In this document: one piece after another, positions 1 through 10,440 of the stretch
Numbering within the stretch: position 1 is the stretch's first letter
Layout: the number at the start of each line of letters is the position of its first letter
Assembly (NCBI RefSeq): GCF_009834535.1
Contig: NC_045696.1
Location: 120,902,001-120,962,000 of the forward strand
DNA length: 60,000 bases
Source: Camelus ferus
Taxonomy: Eukaryota
Direction: 5' to 3'
Translations under genes and position numbers: made by a program
The notes under the pieces: generated by a model
What the model saw: the letters and a program-made list of their open reading frames with translations, nothing else
Told to the model about the DNA's origin: nothing
Database searches by the model: none

Positions 1-196
1 TTTTACATCTGTAGATGCTTCCTGGCTGTGGAAAGTGGTTACTCCACTCTTTCCTCAAGCTCAAGGCTAACCTTCCCCCCCCCTCCACCAAATACTACTT
101 TTTAAATGTCACTCTCTTGCTAAAGCTCTTATAGCTTTTGAGTCCCTCCTGTCATGAAACTTAAATTCACCTTCAAGGCACTCTGTCAACTGGACC

Positions 197-265
197 CTCT
201 CTCTCTCTCTCTGTCTCTCTGTCTCTCTGTCTCTCTCTCTCTGTCTCTCTCTGTCTCTCTCTCTG
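197..265. repeat. Compound (CT)n/(CTCTGT)n microsatellite
   Basis: Read directly from the sequence. Confidence 0.95.
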
Positions 266-689
266 AACTGGATTAATCATTATTTCCCCACCTGACCAGT
301 CTCCCTCCTTTCCCCACGCCCTAGGAGAGCGGGTGCAAAGGCATTTTAGCCTTTAGCCTGGGAGGTTCTCTGGTTCAGACTGCAAGGTGCTAGCATGTCT
401 TTTTGGTGACCAGATTGCCCAGGGCTGATGGCGGGCTGCCAGGTATATTCCCTGTTACACAGTGACATACAGATTACCCCACAGCACCAGGGACAGTGCT
501 GCACACGTGCTCCTTCACCTCCATCTGTGCCCCTCAGTCATGGGACCCTTGTCATTGTTGCCTAGTGATTTTTGTGCATCACAGCTCTCCACCTGAAGTC
601 TTAGCTCCTAAAAGATATGAATTTGGCCTTTGAGGGGTTTTTTTACATGCCCTGTGTCCCCAGTGCCCATCAAGTTCATTCATTCTGAA

Positions 690-974
690 CTCTGCAGCCT
701 GATGCCCTGGACCTGGAACTGAATTCCAACGACATCAAGAGTCCAGGGCCCAGGAAGGCCACTGTGGTGGTTGGGGCAGTGGCAGCAAGATGGAGTGTCC
801 GGGGCAGCAGTGTCCGAGGCCTGGGACAGTGATATGCGCAGGGAGGTTGTCCCCACTCGGGGCCTCCTGAAGTTCCTGTGACTCTGAGCCCCACCCATTG
901 AATTTGTAATAAATTCCTTTATGGCTTCACTCAGCCAAGTCTTATTTCGTTGCTTGGAACCAAGAAGCCTGACA
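690..974 (+). mobile_element. Old ERVL-type LTR remnant (LTR16/LTR33-like 3' end)
   Basis: The stretch gtaataaattcctttatggcttcactcagccaagtcttatttcgttgcttggaaccaagaagcctgaca resembles the R/U5 end of ERVL LTRs. The left boundary is uncertain. Confidence 0.4.
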
Positions 975-1443
975 GACAACAGAAAGAAGAGTACACGTGT
1001 ATTCTGGTCTTTAGAGGAAGAAAGCTTGAGCAGGTCTGGTGGAATCTTGTTTTCCCCTTTTCAGAGAAAAGCAAGAAGTAGAAACAACATCCAGGGGCGG
1101 AAAAACAAATTCTTCAGTAGAGACTTAAGCCATTTTAGGTGTAGCCAATACCAGGGTATGTTATCATAAGGCAGGATATTTAAAGATTCATGGAATCTAC
1201 CAGGTACAGAAATAGCACACTGTCCTGCAAGGACCACATGCTGTTCTACATATCACCCAGTGCGGGACTCCCTTCTGCAACTTTCAAGGCCAGACTCAAT
1301 CGATACCACGTAATGAGGTGACATCCTCCTGTGACTCTTGTCCACTGGTCCCACTTCTGCAGCTAGAACTGCGTAGATCTCATATTTACCTCGAATATAT
1401 CACAGCTCTTCAGATGTTTGCAGAATCTTCAGTTCAATTAACG

Positions 1444-1590
1444 TAGTAGTTCTCAAACTTCAGTTCATGGGAGAAACCTCCAGGAACTTGTTTACATGTA
1501 GATTCCTAGACCTGAAAATGGGAAGTTTGATCCAGTAGGTCTTGGCTGGGATCTAAGAGCCCTGGGTGAGTCTGCTACAGGTGGTTCATG
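1444..1590. mobile_element. MER5-like hAT-Charlie DNA transposon remnant
   Basis: Terminal tagtagttctcaaactt and internal agattcctagacc...cagtaggtcttggctggg motifs. Confidence 0.55.
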
Positions 1591-1654
1591 ACTTCTGTTT
1601 ATTGAGTCCCTACTGTATGCCCAGTCTGGATCAGGGGCTAGAGAGTAAAAACAA

Positions 1655-2500
1655 ATAGGAATATACATTTTTTCCAAAGAAGATACACAAGTGGCCAATA
1701 AGCACATGAGAAAAAGTTCATCATTAGCCATCAATGATCCGCAAATCAAAACCACAACAAGAGGGAGGGTATAACTGAGTGGAAGATCATGTGCTTAGCG
1801 TGCATGAGGTCCTGGATTCAATCCCAGTATCGCCATTAAATAAATTAAATAAATAAACCTAATTACCTCCCCTAGCAAAAAAAACCCCAAAACAAACAAA
1901 ACCACAATGAGAGATCACTTCAGACCCACTAGGATGGACAGAATAAAAAAGATAAGGGTCAGTGAGGATGTAGAGAAATTGGAACCCTCACGCATTGCTG
2001 ATGGAAATGTAAAATTGTTCGACCCCTTTGTAAAAAAATCTACCTTTTCCTCAGAATGTTAAACATAGAATAACCATATGACCCAGCAACTCCATTCCTA
2101 AGTCTTTACCTAAAAGAAAACTTGTACACAAGTGTTTATAGAAACATTGTTCATAATAGCCAAGAAGTGGAAACAATCCAAATGTTCATCAGCTAACAAG
2201 TGGATAAACAAAATGTGGTACAGCCATACAATGGAAAATTGTTCTGTTGTAAAAAGGAATCAGATACTGATACAATATGAATCAACCTGGAAAACATTAC
2301 ACTAAGTGAAAGAAGCCAATCATAAAATACTGCATAGAGTATGATTCTATTTACATGAAATATCCAAAACAGGCAAACCCATAGACAGAAATCACAAGTT
2401 CATGGTGGCCAGGAGCCACAGGATTGTACACTTTATAAGAGCGACTCTTATGGCACATGAATTGTGTCTCAATAAAGCTGTTATAATATAAAAATAAAAA
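1655..2500 (+). mobile_element. Old L1 (L1MB-like) ORF2 end and 3'UTR, interrupted by a SINE
   Basis: Motifs aagaagatacacaagtggccaataagcacatg, ccatatgacccagcaactccattccta and acactaagtgaaagaagcca; AATAAA at 2471. Confidence 0.8.
1763..1896 (+). mobile_element. Camelid tRNA-derived SINE (Vic-1-like)
   Basis: gggagggtataactgagtgg...gtcctggattcaatcccagt (A/B boxes), tail aaataaacctaattacctcccc-A-rich, and a 16-bp TSD at 1747-1762 and 1897-1912. Confidence 0.85.
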
Positions 2501-2879
2501 CCGAATTGGACATGGATCTTGCCTTCAAAGAGCTTATGGAAAGTCAGGCCAACAGGGATGTAAACAGGCACTTTCAATCCCTTGCAGGGTAGGCGAGGTG
2601 GAGGTGCACTTCACCTGTCTTTACAAAGTGAAGAAGAAAGTGTAGGAGCTACCTCTTGCAAGATAATATGAGTCTGGCGGAGAAGGGTAAAGAGAGGGTG
2701 TCCCAGGCCAGTGAAAGAGCATGAAACCCTGGCCTGTATGGGGACTGTATGACAGTCACCACGTCCCTTCTCAGTCTCAGCTCTCAATATGACCACTGTT
2801 TTATCCACTGCATGAAGGTGACATCATAATGAAGTGGACAGAGCTTTGCCTTTAAGTAAGACTATCATGCATCCATATC

Positions 2880-2956
2880 TCAACCTCTCCACTTACTTTG
2901 GACAATTATCCAGACTCTCGGTCTCAGCTTTATCATCTGTAAAGTAGGGGAAATAA
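2880..2956. mobile_element. MIR, left half (split by the 2957-6103 insertion)
   Basis: MIR core ctctcggtctcagctttatcatctgtaaagtaggggaaataa, which continues at about 6104-6200. Confidence 0.7.
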
Positions 2957-4955
2957 GGGATTTCCGGTGGAGTAGTAGGACCAGGAGCTCACGTCTCCTC
3001 CCGACTACAGTGAAACCACAATTGAATGCCAAACAACCATTGGAAAAAAGACTGGAACCTAGCAAAAAAGATCTTCTGCAACTGGAAACATAGAGAGGGA
3101 ACCACAACAGGATGGTAGGAGAGATATGCTTGCGATGTAATTAGGCCCCATACCTCTCAGATGGGTGACCCACAAGCTGAAGAATAGTTAAGTCACAAAG
3201 GCCCTCCCACAGGAGTGAGAGCTCTAAGCCACACATCAGGCTCCCCAGCCTGGGTTCCAGCATCGGGAGGAGGAGGAGACCCCAGGACATATGGTTTTGA
3301 AGGCCAGTGGGGCTTGGCCCAGGAGCCCCATGGACTGGGGGAAACAGAGACTCCATTCTCTTGGGAAGTGTACACGGAAGCTCACGTGTGCTAGGTCCAA
3401 GGACATAGGCAGTGATTTCATGGAACCTGGGCCAAACCTGCCTGCTGGATTTGGAGTGTCTCCTGGGGACATGGGAGATGGCTGCAGCTCACCCAGGGGA
3501 CATAAAAGCTGGTGGTGGACATTCCAAGCGTGTTCATCTACATGAGCTTTCCTGGAGGCTGACATCTTGATCAGGATCATTAGCACCAAGACCTAGCCCC
3601 ACCAAACAAACTGTAGGGAAGCCTCAAGCCAGACAACATACAGGGTGGGAACACAGGCCCACCCATCAGCAGACTTCCTAAGTCACAAAGGCCTCTAGAC
3701 ACAGCCCCACCCACAAGAAGTCCAGGACTAAGCTTCATCCAGCAGTGGGTAGGCACCGGCTCCTCCTGCCAGAAAACCTGCATAAGCCTCTGGTCCAGCC
3801 TCATCCACCAGGAGCAGATACCAGAAATAAGAAAACAACAATCCACAAACACAGGCCAGACTCTACACTGGGACCAGCTGGACCCTGGCCCTTGGGGGAC
3901 AAGAGAGGAGTGTACTGCTGGGACACACAGGACGTCTACCACAGGAGGCCACTCCTCCAAGGTTGAGAAATGTAACTGACTTACTTAAAAATACAAATAG
4001 AAAGACAGACAATATGAGGCAGCAAAGGAATATGTTCCAGGCCAAGGCACAAGATAAAATCCCGGAAGAAGAAATAAGTGATGAGGAGACAGGCAATTTA
4101 TCTGAGAAAGAGTTTAAAGTAATGATGGTGAAGATGTTCAGAGAACTCAAGAGGAGTATAGATGCATAGAGTGAAGTTTTTAGCAAAGAGTTGGAAAATA
4201 CAAAGAATACCCAGAGTTGAAGAATAAAATCACTGAAATGAGTAACACACTAGAAGGAACCAAGAATAGACTCAATGAGGCAGAAGAATGGATCAATGAG
4301 CTAGAAGACAGATTGGTAGAAATCACTACTGCGGAACTGAAAAAAAAGAATGAAAAGAAATGAGGATAGTTTAAGAGAACTCTGGGATGACATGAAGTGC
4401 ATTAATATTCATATTATAGGGTCCCCAGAAAGAGAAGAGAGAGAGAAAGGACCTGAGAAAATTTTTGGAGAGAGAATCACTGAAAACTTCCCCAACTCGG
4501 GAAAGGAAACAGTCACCCAAGTCCAGGAAGCACAGAGAATATCACACAGAGTTAACCCAAAGAAGAACACACCAAGGCACATAGTCATCAAATTGACAAC
4601 AATTAAGGATAAAGAGAGAATATTAAAATCAGCAAGAGAAAAGCAACAAATAACATGCAAGGGAGCTCCCATAAGATTATCAGCTGATTTTTCAACAGAA
4701 ACTCTCCAGGCCAGAAGGGAGTGGCAAGATATATTTAAAGTGGTGAAAGGAGAAAAGTTACAACTAAGAATACTCTATCCAATAAGGGTCTCGTTCAGAC
4801 TTGATGGAGAAATCAAAAGCTTCACAGATAAACAAAAGCTAAAAGATTTCAGCACCACCAAATCAGCTTTACAAGAAATGTTAAAGGACCTCTCTAGTCA
4901 TCAAACCATAAGAAAAGAGAACAAAAAGAAGGAAGAGAAAAAAGGACCTACAAAA
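2957..4955 (+). mobile_element. Artiodactyl-type L1 5'UTR and disrupted ORF1 (ORF1 about 4014-4900), ending before ORF2
   Basis: ORFs 3963-4169 (MRQQRNMFQ...LSEKEFKVMMVKMF) and 4350-4900 (NIHIIGSPE...PRHIVIKL...IRLSADFSTETLQARREW...RILYP) are L1 ORF1p. A stop at 4167 and frameshifts inactivate it. Confidence 0.92.
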
Positions 4956-5260
4956 GATTGCTTTGGCTGTTCAAGGTCTTTGTGGTTCCTTATAAATTTT
5001 GGAATTGTTTGTTCTAGTTCTGTGAAGAATATCGTGAGTATTTTGATGAGGGTTACGTTGGATCTGTGGATCGCTTTGGGTAGTCTGGCCATTTTGATAG
5101 TGTTAATTTTTCCAGTCCAAGAGGGCAAGAAAACTTTCCATTTCTTTGTGCCACTTTGGTTTTCGGAGTATAGATAACCTCCTTGGTTAAGTTTATTTCT
5201 AGGTATTTTGTTGTTTTTGATGTATTGGAAATGTTTATGCTGGTTATAAAATTCTGGCTT
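4956..5260 (-). mobile_element. Inverted L1 ORF2 fragment (post-RT region)
   Basis: Minus-strand translations KYLEINLTKEV and WTGKINTIKMARLPKAIHRSNVTLIKILTIFFTELEQTIPKFIRNHK match L1 ORF2p. Confidence 0.85.
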
Positions 5261-5284
5261 TTGAAGTGAAAAAAAAGTGAATGA

Positions 5285-5470
5285 TGGGCCGCAAATGGCA
5301 AAATATCCTTCTTTCTTATGGGTGAGTTGTATTCTTGTGTGTATGTGTGTGTGTGCGCTGCATCTTCATTATCTATTCAACTATTGATATGCACTTAGGA
5401 TGCTTCCGTATCTTGGCAATTATAAATAATGTTGTTAATAGCAGGGTGTATGTATCTTTTTGAATTAATT
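5285..5470 (-). mobile_element. Inverted L1 ORF2 C-terminal/3'UTR fragment
   Basis: The reverse complement reads attcaaaaagatacatacaccc...tttataattgccaagatacggaagcatcctaagtgc...ttttgccatttgcggc. Confidence 0.75.
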
Positions 5471-5599
5471 CTTATTTTGTGGTTGGCTTTATTCCTTTGA
5501 TAACCATGAAGTTTAAAAAGCTAAGGCTCTAAGTGTTCTTAGAAATAATGAACAGTACATATAGGTAAATTTAAAAATACATGTGAAGTAAAAAAAAAA

Positions 5600-6106
5600 A
5601 GATCTATCAAGCCATGAAAGGCATAAAAGACATATTACTGAATGAAAGAAACCAGTCTGAAAAGGCTACAAACTGTACGATTCCAACCAAATGACATTCT
5701 TGAAAAGACACAGCAACAGAAACAATAAAAAGATCGTGGTTTCCAGGGCTTTAGGGAGAGGGAGGAGGGAGGAATGAATAGATGGAGCACAAGGGATTTT
5801 TAGGGCAATGAAATTATTCTGTATGATACTATAGTGGTGGCTCCATGTCATTATGCATTTGTAAAAACCCATAGAATGTACAACATCAAGAGTGAACCCT
5901 AATGTAAACTATGGACTTTGGTTGATAATAATGTGCCCATGTTGGTTCATCGATAGTACCAAATATGCCACCCTGATGAGGGATGTTGAGGGCAGGGGAG
6001 TATATACGTGTGGGTGGGGAGGGTATGTGGGAACTCTCTGTATTTTCTGTTCAATTCTGCCGTGAACCTGAAACTGCTCTAAAAAAAATAAAGTCTATTT
6101 AAAAAA
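5600..6106 (+). mobile_element. L1MC1-like 3' end
   Basis: ctatcaagccatgaaa...gtctgaaaaggctac...gtgaaccctaatgtaaactatggactttg...aaactgctctaaaaaaaataaagtctatt. Confidence 0.85.
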
Positions 6107-6200
6107 GTGGGGGAAATAATAACTACTCTAATAAGTTATAAGTACTAAACAAATGACACAGGAAGTATTCCTAGCACATTTTAATAAGTTATTGGCCAAA
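6104..6200. mobile_element. MIR, right half
   Basis: gggaaataataactactc...cctagcaca...aataagttattggc continues the MIR core from 2956. Confidence 0.55.
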
Positions 6201-6209
6201 GTATATTAG

Positions 6210-7215
6210 CTCCGTCCCTCTCCATTCTCTGTTCCTTGGATAACCTGATTTTAAGAACCCTGAACATCTTGGTTGTCATTTTTTGGTGACAATATTCTTC
6301 TTGAAATGAGGTTCCCAGGCCTGAACACAAGGACCATTTGGAGCCGAATATATTGATGCTAATACCTTTCACATGGTTCACCATCAGGGTGGAGTCTCGG
6401 GAGCTCTTGGGGTGATCACATCACCTTGTGGTCTCCTGGTGAATTTGAGGGGCAACTCCTCCCTTCCCCGCAAACCGTCAGTGTCTGTAGTTGAGCCATG
6501 CTACTCTTCAGCTGGGATTTGCTCGTCTTGGATCTGAGGATTGGGTTTTTCCACCTGTAACTGTAGAACTTCAGGTTAGCCTTGCGTAATTTGACCTGGG
6601 TGGTTCCTGGCTCACATTTCAGCTCCTTCAACCACTTTGAAAAATTGACTCTGCTCGTATCTGTTGATTATTCTGCCTGGTTTTGCATCTTCCTCAGACT
6701 TGGCAAATACATCCTTTGGGCTCTTCATTTGAGTCATTAGTAAAATGTTGGTGAAGGTGTCGTTAGGGTTGGAACCAAGGGCATTACAAGAGGGAACAGC
6801 TGCAAAGCAGATTGAGACCCAAGACTCTAGCACGTTTGGTCTGCTTGCTCAGCAGCCACGAGTCCACATGGAGATTGCATCTCTCCGTGTTGAAAGGATG
6901 TCACAGGCCTCCTCTTGCTGACATCTGTTAACATGACTTCATCAGATGGGCTGGAATCATTATCTACCACAACTACATTGCTTCTCTCCGTTCTACCAAT
7001 CAAGAAACCCTCTCACAAAAAGAGATTAGGTTAATTTAGTGTGGCCATTTCTCCTTAAGTCCACGTGAGCCCCTGCTGCCCTCTGCTTCCTGCACTAAAC
7101 GCTCACAAGCCATCTGTTTAATCACCAGTTCTTCAGCTTTGCCAGTGACTAATGTTGGGCTCATTGCTCTACAATTGCCAAAAGATACTTTTCATGAAAA
7201 TTGGAACAGAACTTT
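6210..7215 (-). mobile_element. CR1/L3 LINE reverse-transcriptase remnant
   Basis: Degenerate minus-strand matches, in the correct order, to the CR1 motifs VPIFKKG...NYRPVSLT..GK (about 7210-7130), HGF.K..SC.TNLISF (about 7070-7020) and NIFIND...KFADDTKLGG (about 6750-6660; ORF track gives DVFAKSEEDAKPGRIIN). Confidence 0.65.
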
Positions 7216-7600
7216 TGTAACAGAGCAGGACCATGTGGAGCCTTCCAGGGCCACCCCCTGCCTCCCTTGCCCTCTGCCTGTCTCTTGTCTGTAGAAAACC
7301 TTTAGCCAAAGAGTAAATTTAAACAGAGAAATGAGAAAATTCAGAAACAAAGGAGAACAGTAATTCAAGACAAAATAATAGTTAAGCCATTAAAGTCAAG
7401 GACTTTTAGTTCCTCCTCAAGGACTTCAGATGATATTCCGAGCCATAGCCTTTGAGCTGTCTTGTGGGTACTGAAACCCCCACCAGGTGGAAGAAGTTAA
7501 CTACATGATGACCATGACAGAAGCCATGACAGAAGCTGCTGCAGTTCTGAGAACTGACCTCAAAGAAATGAGAACAAACTGACCCTGGCACTGAAGGTTA
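7216..7600 (+). mobile_element. ERV1-type LTR, 3'-truncated, with an internal 12-bp tandem duplication (7512-7535)
   Basis: Begins TGTAAC. The motif ttagttcctcctcaagg...gaaacccccaccaggtggaagaagttaactac is typical of cetartiodactyl ERV1 LTRs. Confidence 0.6.
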
Positions 7601-9540
7601 GCTGTGCTTCAAACAGTCAAGATGTTCTCCTTGGGGACACCTCCACTGCTTTGTGACTAAAGTGACAACTGGCTTATGTCCCAAAGGATGAGGGGATTGA
7701 AACCCCCTCTGGCAACAGCCAAGAGTTACTGTGACATAGCCATCAATAACAGTGACAGCAGTAATAGTAACTATCATCATCATCCAGTCCGAGAAGTTGG
7801 GAATTAAATTTGAAGCTCAACCATAGCGGTAATTTTTGGCCAGCACATTTGTGTTCTTCTTTTCCCTGCTCTTATTTCCACCTACTCTTGCTGGTCTCAG
7901 TTTTCTGTTTTATTATATAAGTTATGTCAAATCCCCTGTGGAATGAGGCTGAGTATAAATACATTAAAGTAATAAATTATGTAGCAAGGCATGCTCAGTG
8001 TCGGTGAGCAGCTGTACTCGATCACTCCTGGGGACAGAACAAGAGGTGACCAAGGCAAATCACAGTTTTTAGGATGTGGGCCAAAGTTGTCAGGGAGATT
8101 TTCCTCATGATGTTTTAAAACTGCTGTTTTGGGGTCCCATGGGTGTTGGCTGGGGGATGTTCTCAGGACAGCACGGAGGCAAGTCTCACAGCCTCTGCGG
8201 TCCAGCATCCTCAGCTGTGAAGTGAGGGAGCTGGACCAGCAGTGGTTCCCAGACCTTTGCTGTTCGAGAAGATCTCAGGCTTCCTGGGGTGGGAGGGGCA
8301 CATGCCTCTCACTTGGGGTGCTCCTCAGAGCTGCTCCTCAGCCTCCGGGGGGCTCTGGGCTCTTTGACAGTTTCAGCCCCGGCAGCCCTCTGGACACCCC
8401 CCTGCTCCAGAGCGTGCTCTCAAAGTGTGCTCCCTGGGCTGGCAGTGCAGGGCCTCCCCCAGGACCCTGTTAGAAATATGTGGTCTCAGGCCCACCCTCG
8501 GCCGTCCTGGGGCGGGTCCCCCATGCTTTGTGTGCACAGCGCAGTCTGAGAGCTGCTCCCCCATCCGGTGTCCTCCTTCGGGGCTCTCTCATATATCACA
8601 CTTTGTGAGTTTAACATGAGTTCTCATGTTTGCATTGTGTGAACATGAAAACACTTCGATTTATCTTCAAATAAATTCCAGAGTCTCTAGAAACCATGCT
8701 CAAGACTCTTATGCTGTGTCCTTGGCTCAGTGTTGTGACCTGAGGAGGTGGCCTTCTGGGCCGAGTTCCTGTGGACTCCCTGAGCAGGAGGGACAAGCGT
8801 GCCCCACCCTCGTGAGATGCAGCGAGGACCTTGTTTAGCCAGGCTTCTCTCCGCCTTCTGAGCCTGAAAAATGACCCGCGTGTCACCAGAGACAGGCCAC
8901 GATGCTCCCCTGTCTCCTCCTCCCCCTCCACTGCCCACCGGGGCTTTTTCATGTGTTAAAATCAATGAGTAAACCCTGTCAATCAGGGAAACTGGATCCT
9001 TCCTGGTAGTAGATTCTAATTTGAGCTCTGTCAGTAGGTTAAGCCCTGGCTTTATGGTGCATAAAAACAGACATTTTTCAGTATAGGCACAACTGAGCCA
9101 AAATATAAAACCGTTACGGTCGCTCAAACGCCCTAAGGGAAGCCTCCTCATACAGAGCTTCATCTTCCTGCCTTTCCATCTCAGATTAAATACAGTGACA
9201 GACTGCTTTATGCTGTAGTGAAAGAGAGAGTTTTAGCTCAAACCATATGTTACAATTACTGTGATGATGAAATAGAGACTGAAATTCAGAAATACAAACT
9301 TTTTGCTATTTTAGCTGTCTTCATGTTGAGGCCAGGCTGCGCCTGCTACAAATGAGATCAGGAGACTTTATTTCATTAAAATTCTAGATTATTTTTTCAT
9401 TTTATTTTTAGAGCATGAACTTTTTTCTTGCCTGGATCATAATTTAATTTTACTTTAAACAGGGTTTATCCTTTGTTGGCTTTACCTAGTCAAGGAAATG
9501 GAGCTAATCAGTTTTTGTTGCTTTTTAAAACTTGGTTTCT

Positions 9541-10440
9541 CAATGGGCACATGAAAAAACGCTCAATATCACTAATTATCAGAGAAATGCAAATCAAAAC
9601 TATGATGAGGTATCACCTCACACCAGTCAGAATGGCCATCATTCAAAAGCCCACAAATGACAAATGCTGGAGAGGCTGTGGAGAAAAGGGAACCCTCCTA
9701 CACTGCTGGTGGGAATGCAGTTTGGTGCAGCCATTGTGGAAAACAGTATGGAGATTCCTCAAAAGACTTAAAATAGACTTACCATATGACCCAGCAATCC
9801 CACTCCTGGGCATATATCCAGAAGGAACCCTAATTCAAAAAGACACCTGCACCCCAATATTCACAGCAGCACAATTTACAATAGCCAAGACATGGAAACA
9901 ACCTAAATGTCCATTGACAGATGACTGGATAAAGAAATGGTGGTATATTTATACAATGGAATACTACTCACCTATAAAAATGACAACATAATGCCATTTG
10001 CAGCAACATGGATGTTCCTGGAGATTGTCATTCTGAGTGAAGTAAGCCAGAAAGAGAAGGAAAAATACCATATGATATCACTCACATATGCGGAATCTAA
10101 AAAAAAAAAGAAGACAAATGAATTTAAATATGGAACAGAAACAGACTCACAGACATAGAATACAAACTTGTGGTTACCAGTGGGGAGGGGAGAGGGAAGG
10201 GATAGACTGGGAGTTCAAGATTTACAGATACTGACAGGCATATATAGAATAGATAAACAAGTTTATACTATATAGCACAGGGAAATATATTCAAGTTCTT
10301 ATAGTAGCTCACAATGAAAAAGAACATGAAAATGAATATATGTATATTCATGTATGACTGAAGCATTGTGCTGTATACCAGAAATTGACACAACATTGTA
10401 AACTGACTATAACTCAATAAAAATAAATAAATAAATAAAA
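9541..10440 (+). mobile_element. Young 5'-truncated camelid L1: ORF2 C-terminus, 3'UTR and (TAAA)n tail
   Basis: About 150 uninterrupted codons ([18 protein letters not shown]...[18 protein letters not shown]...WYIYTMEYY) including the CCHC zinc knuckle; AATAAA at 10416. Confidence 0.95.

Noticed and set aside
4350..5177. 275-aa ORF, the longest in the window, as a protein-coding gene
   Set aside because: It is the C-terminal part of a disrupted L1 ORF1 reading through into an inverted ORF2 fragment. The true ORF1 start region has a stop at 4167 and frameshifts.
9473..9991. 172-aa ORF as a host gene
   Set aside because: It is the ORF2 C-terminus of a 5'-truncated L1.
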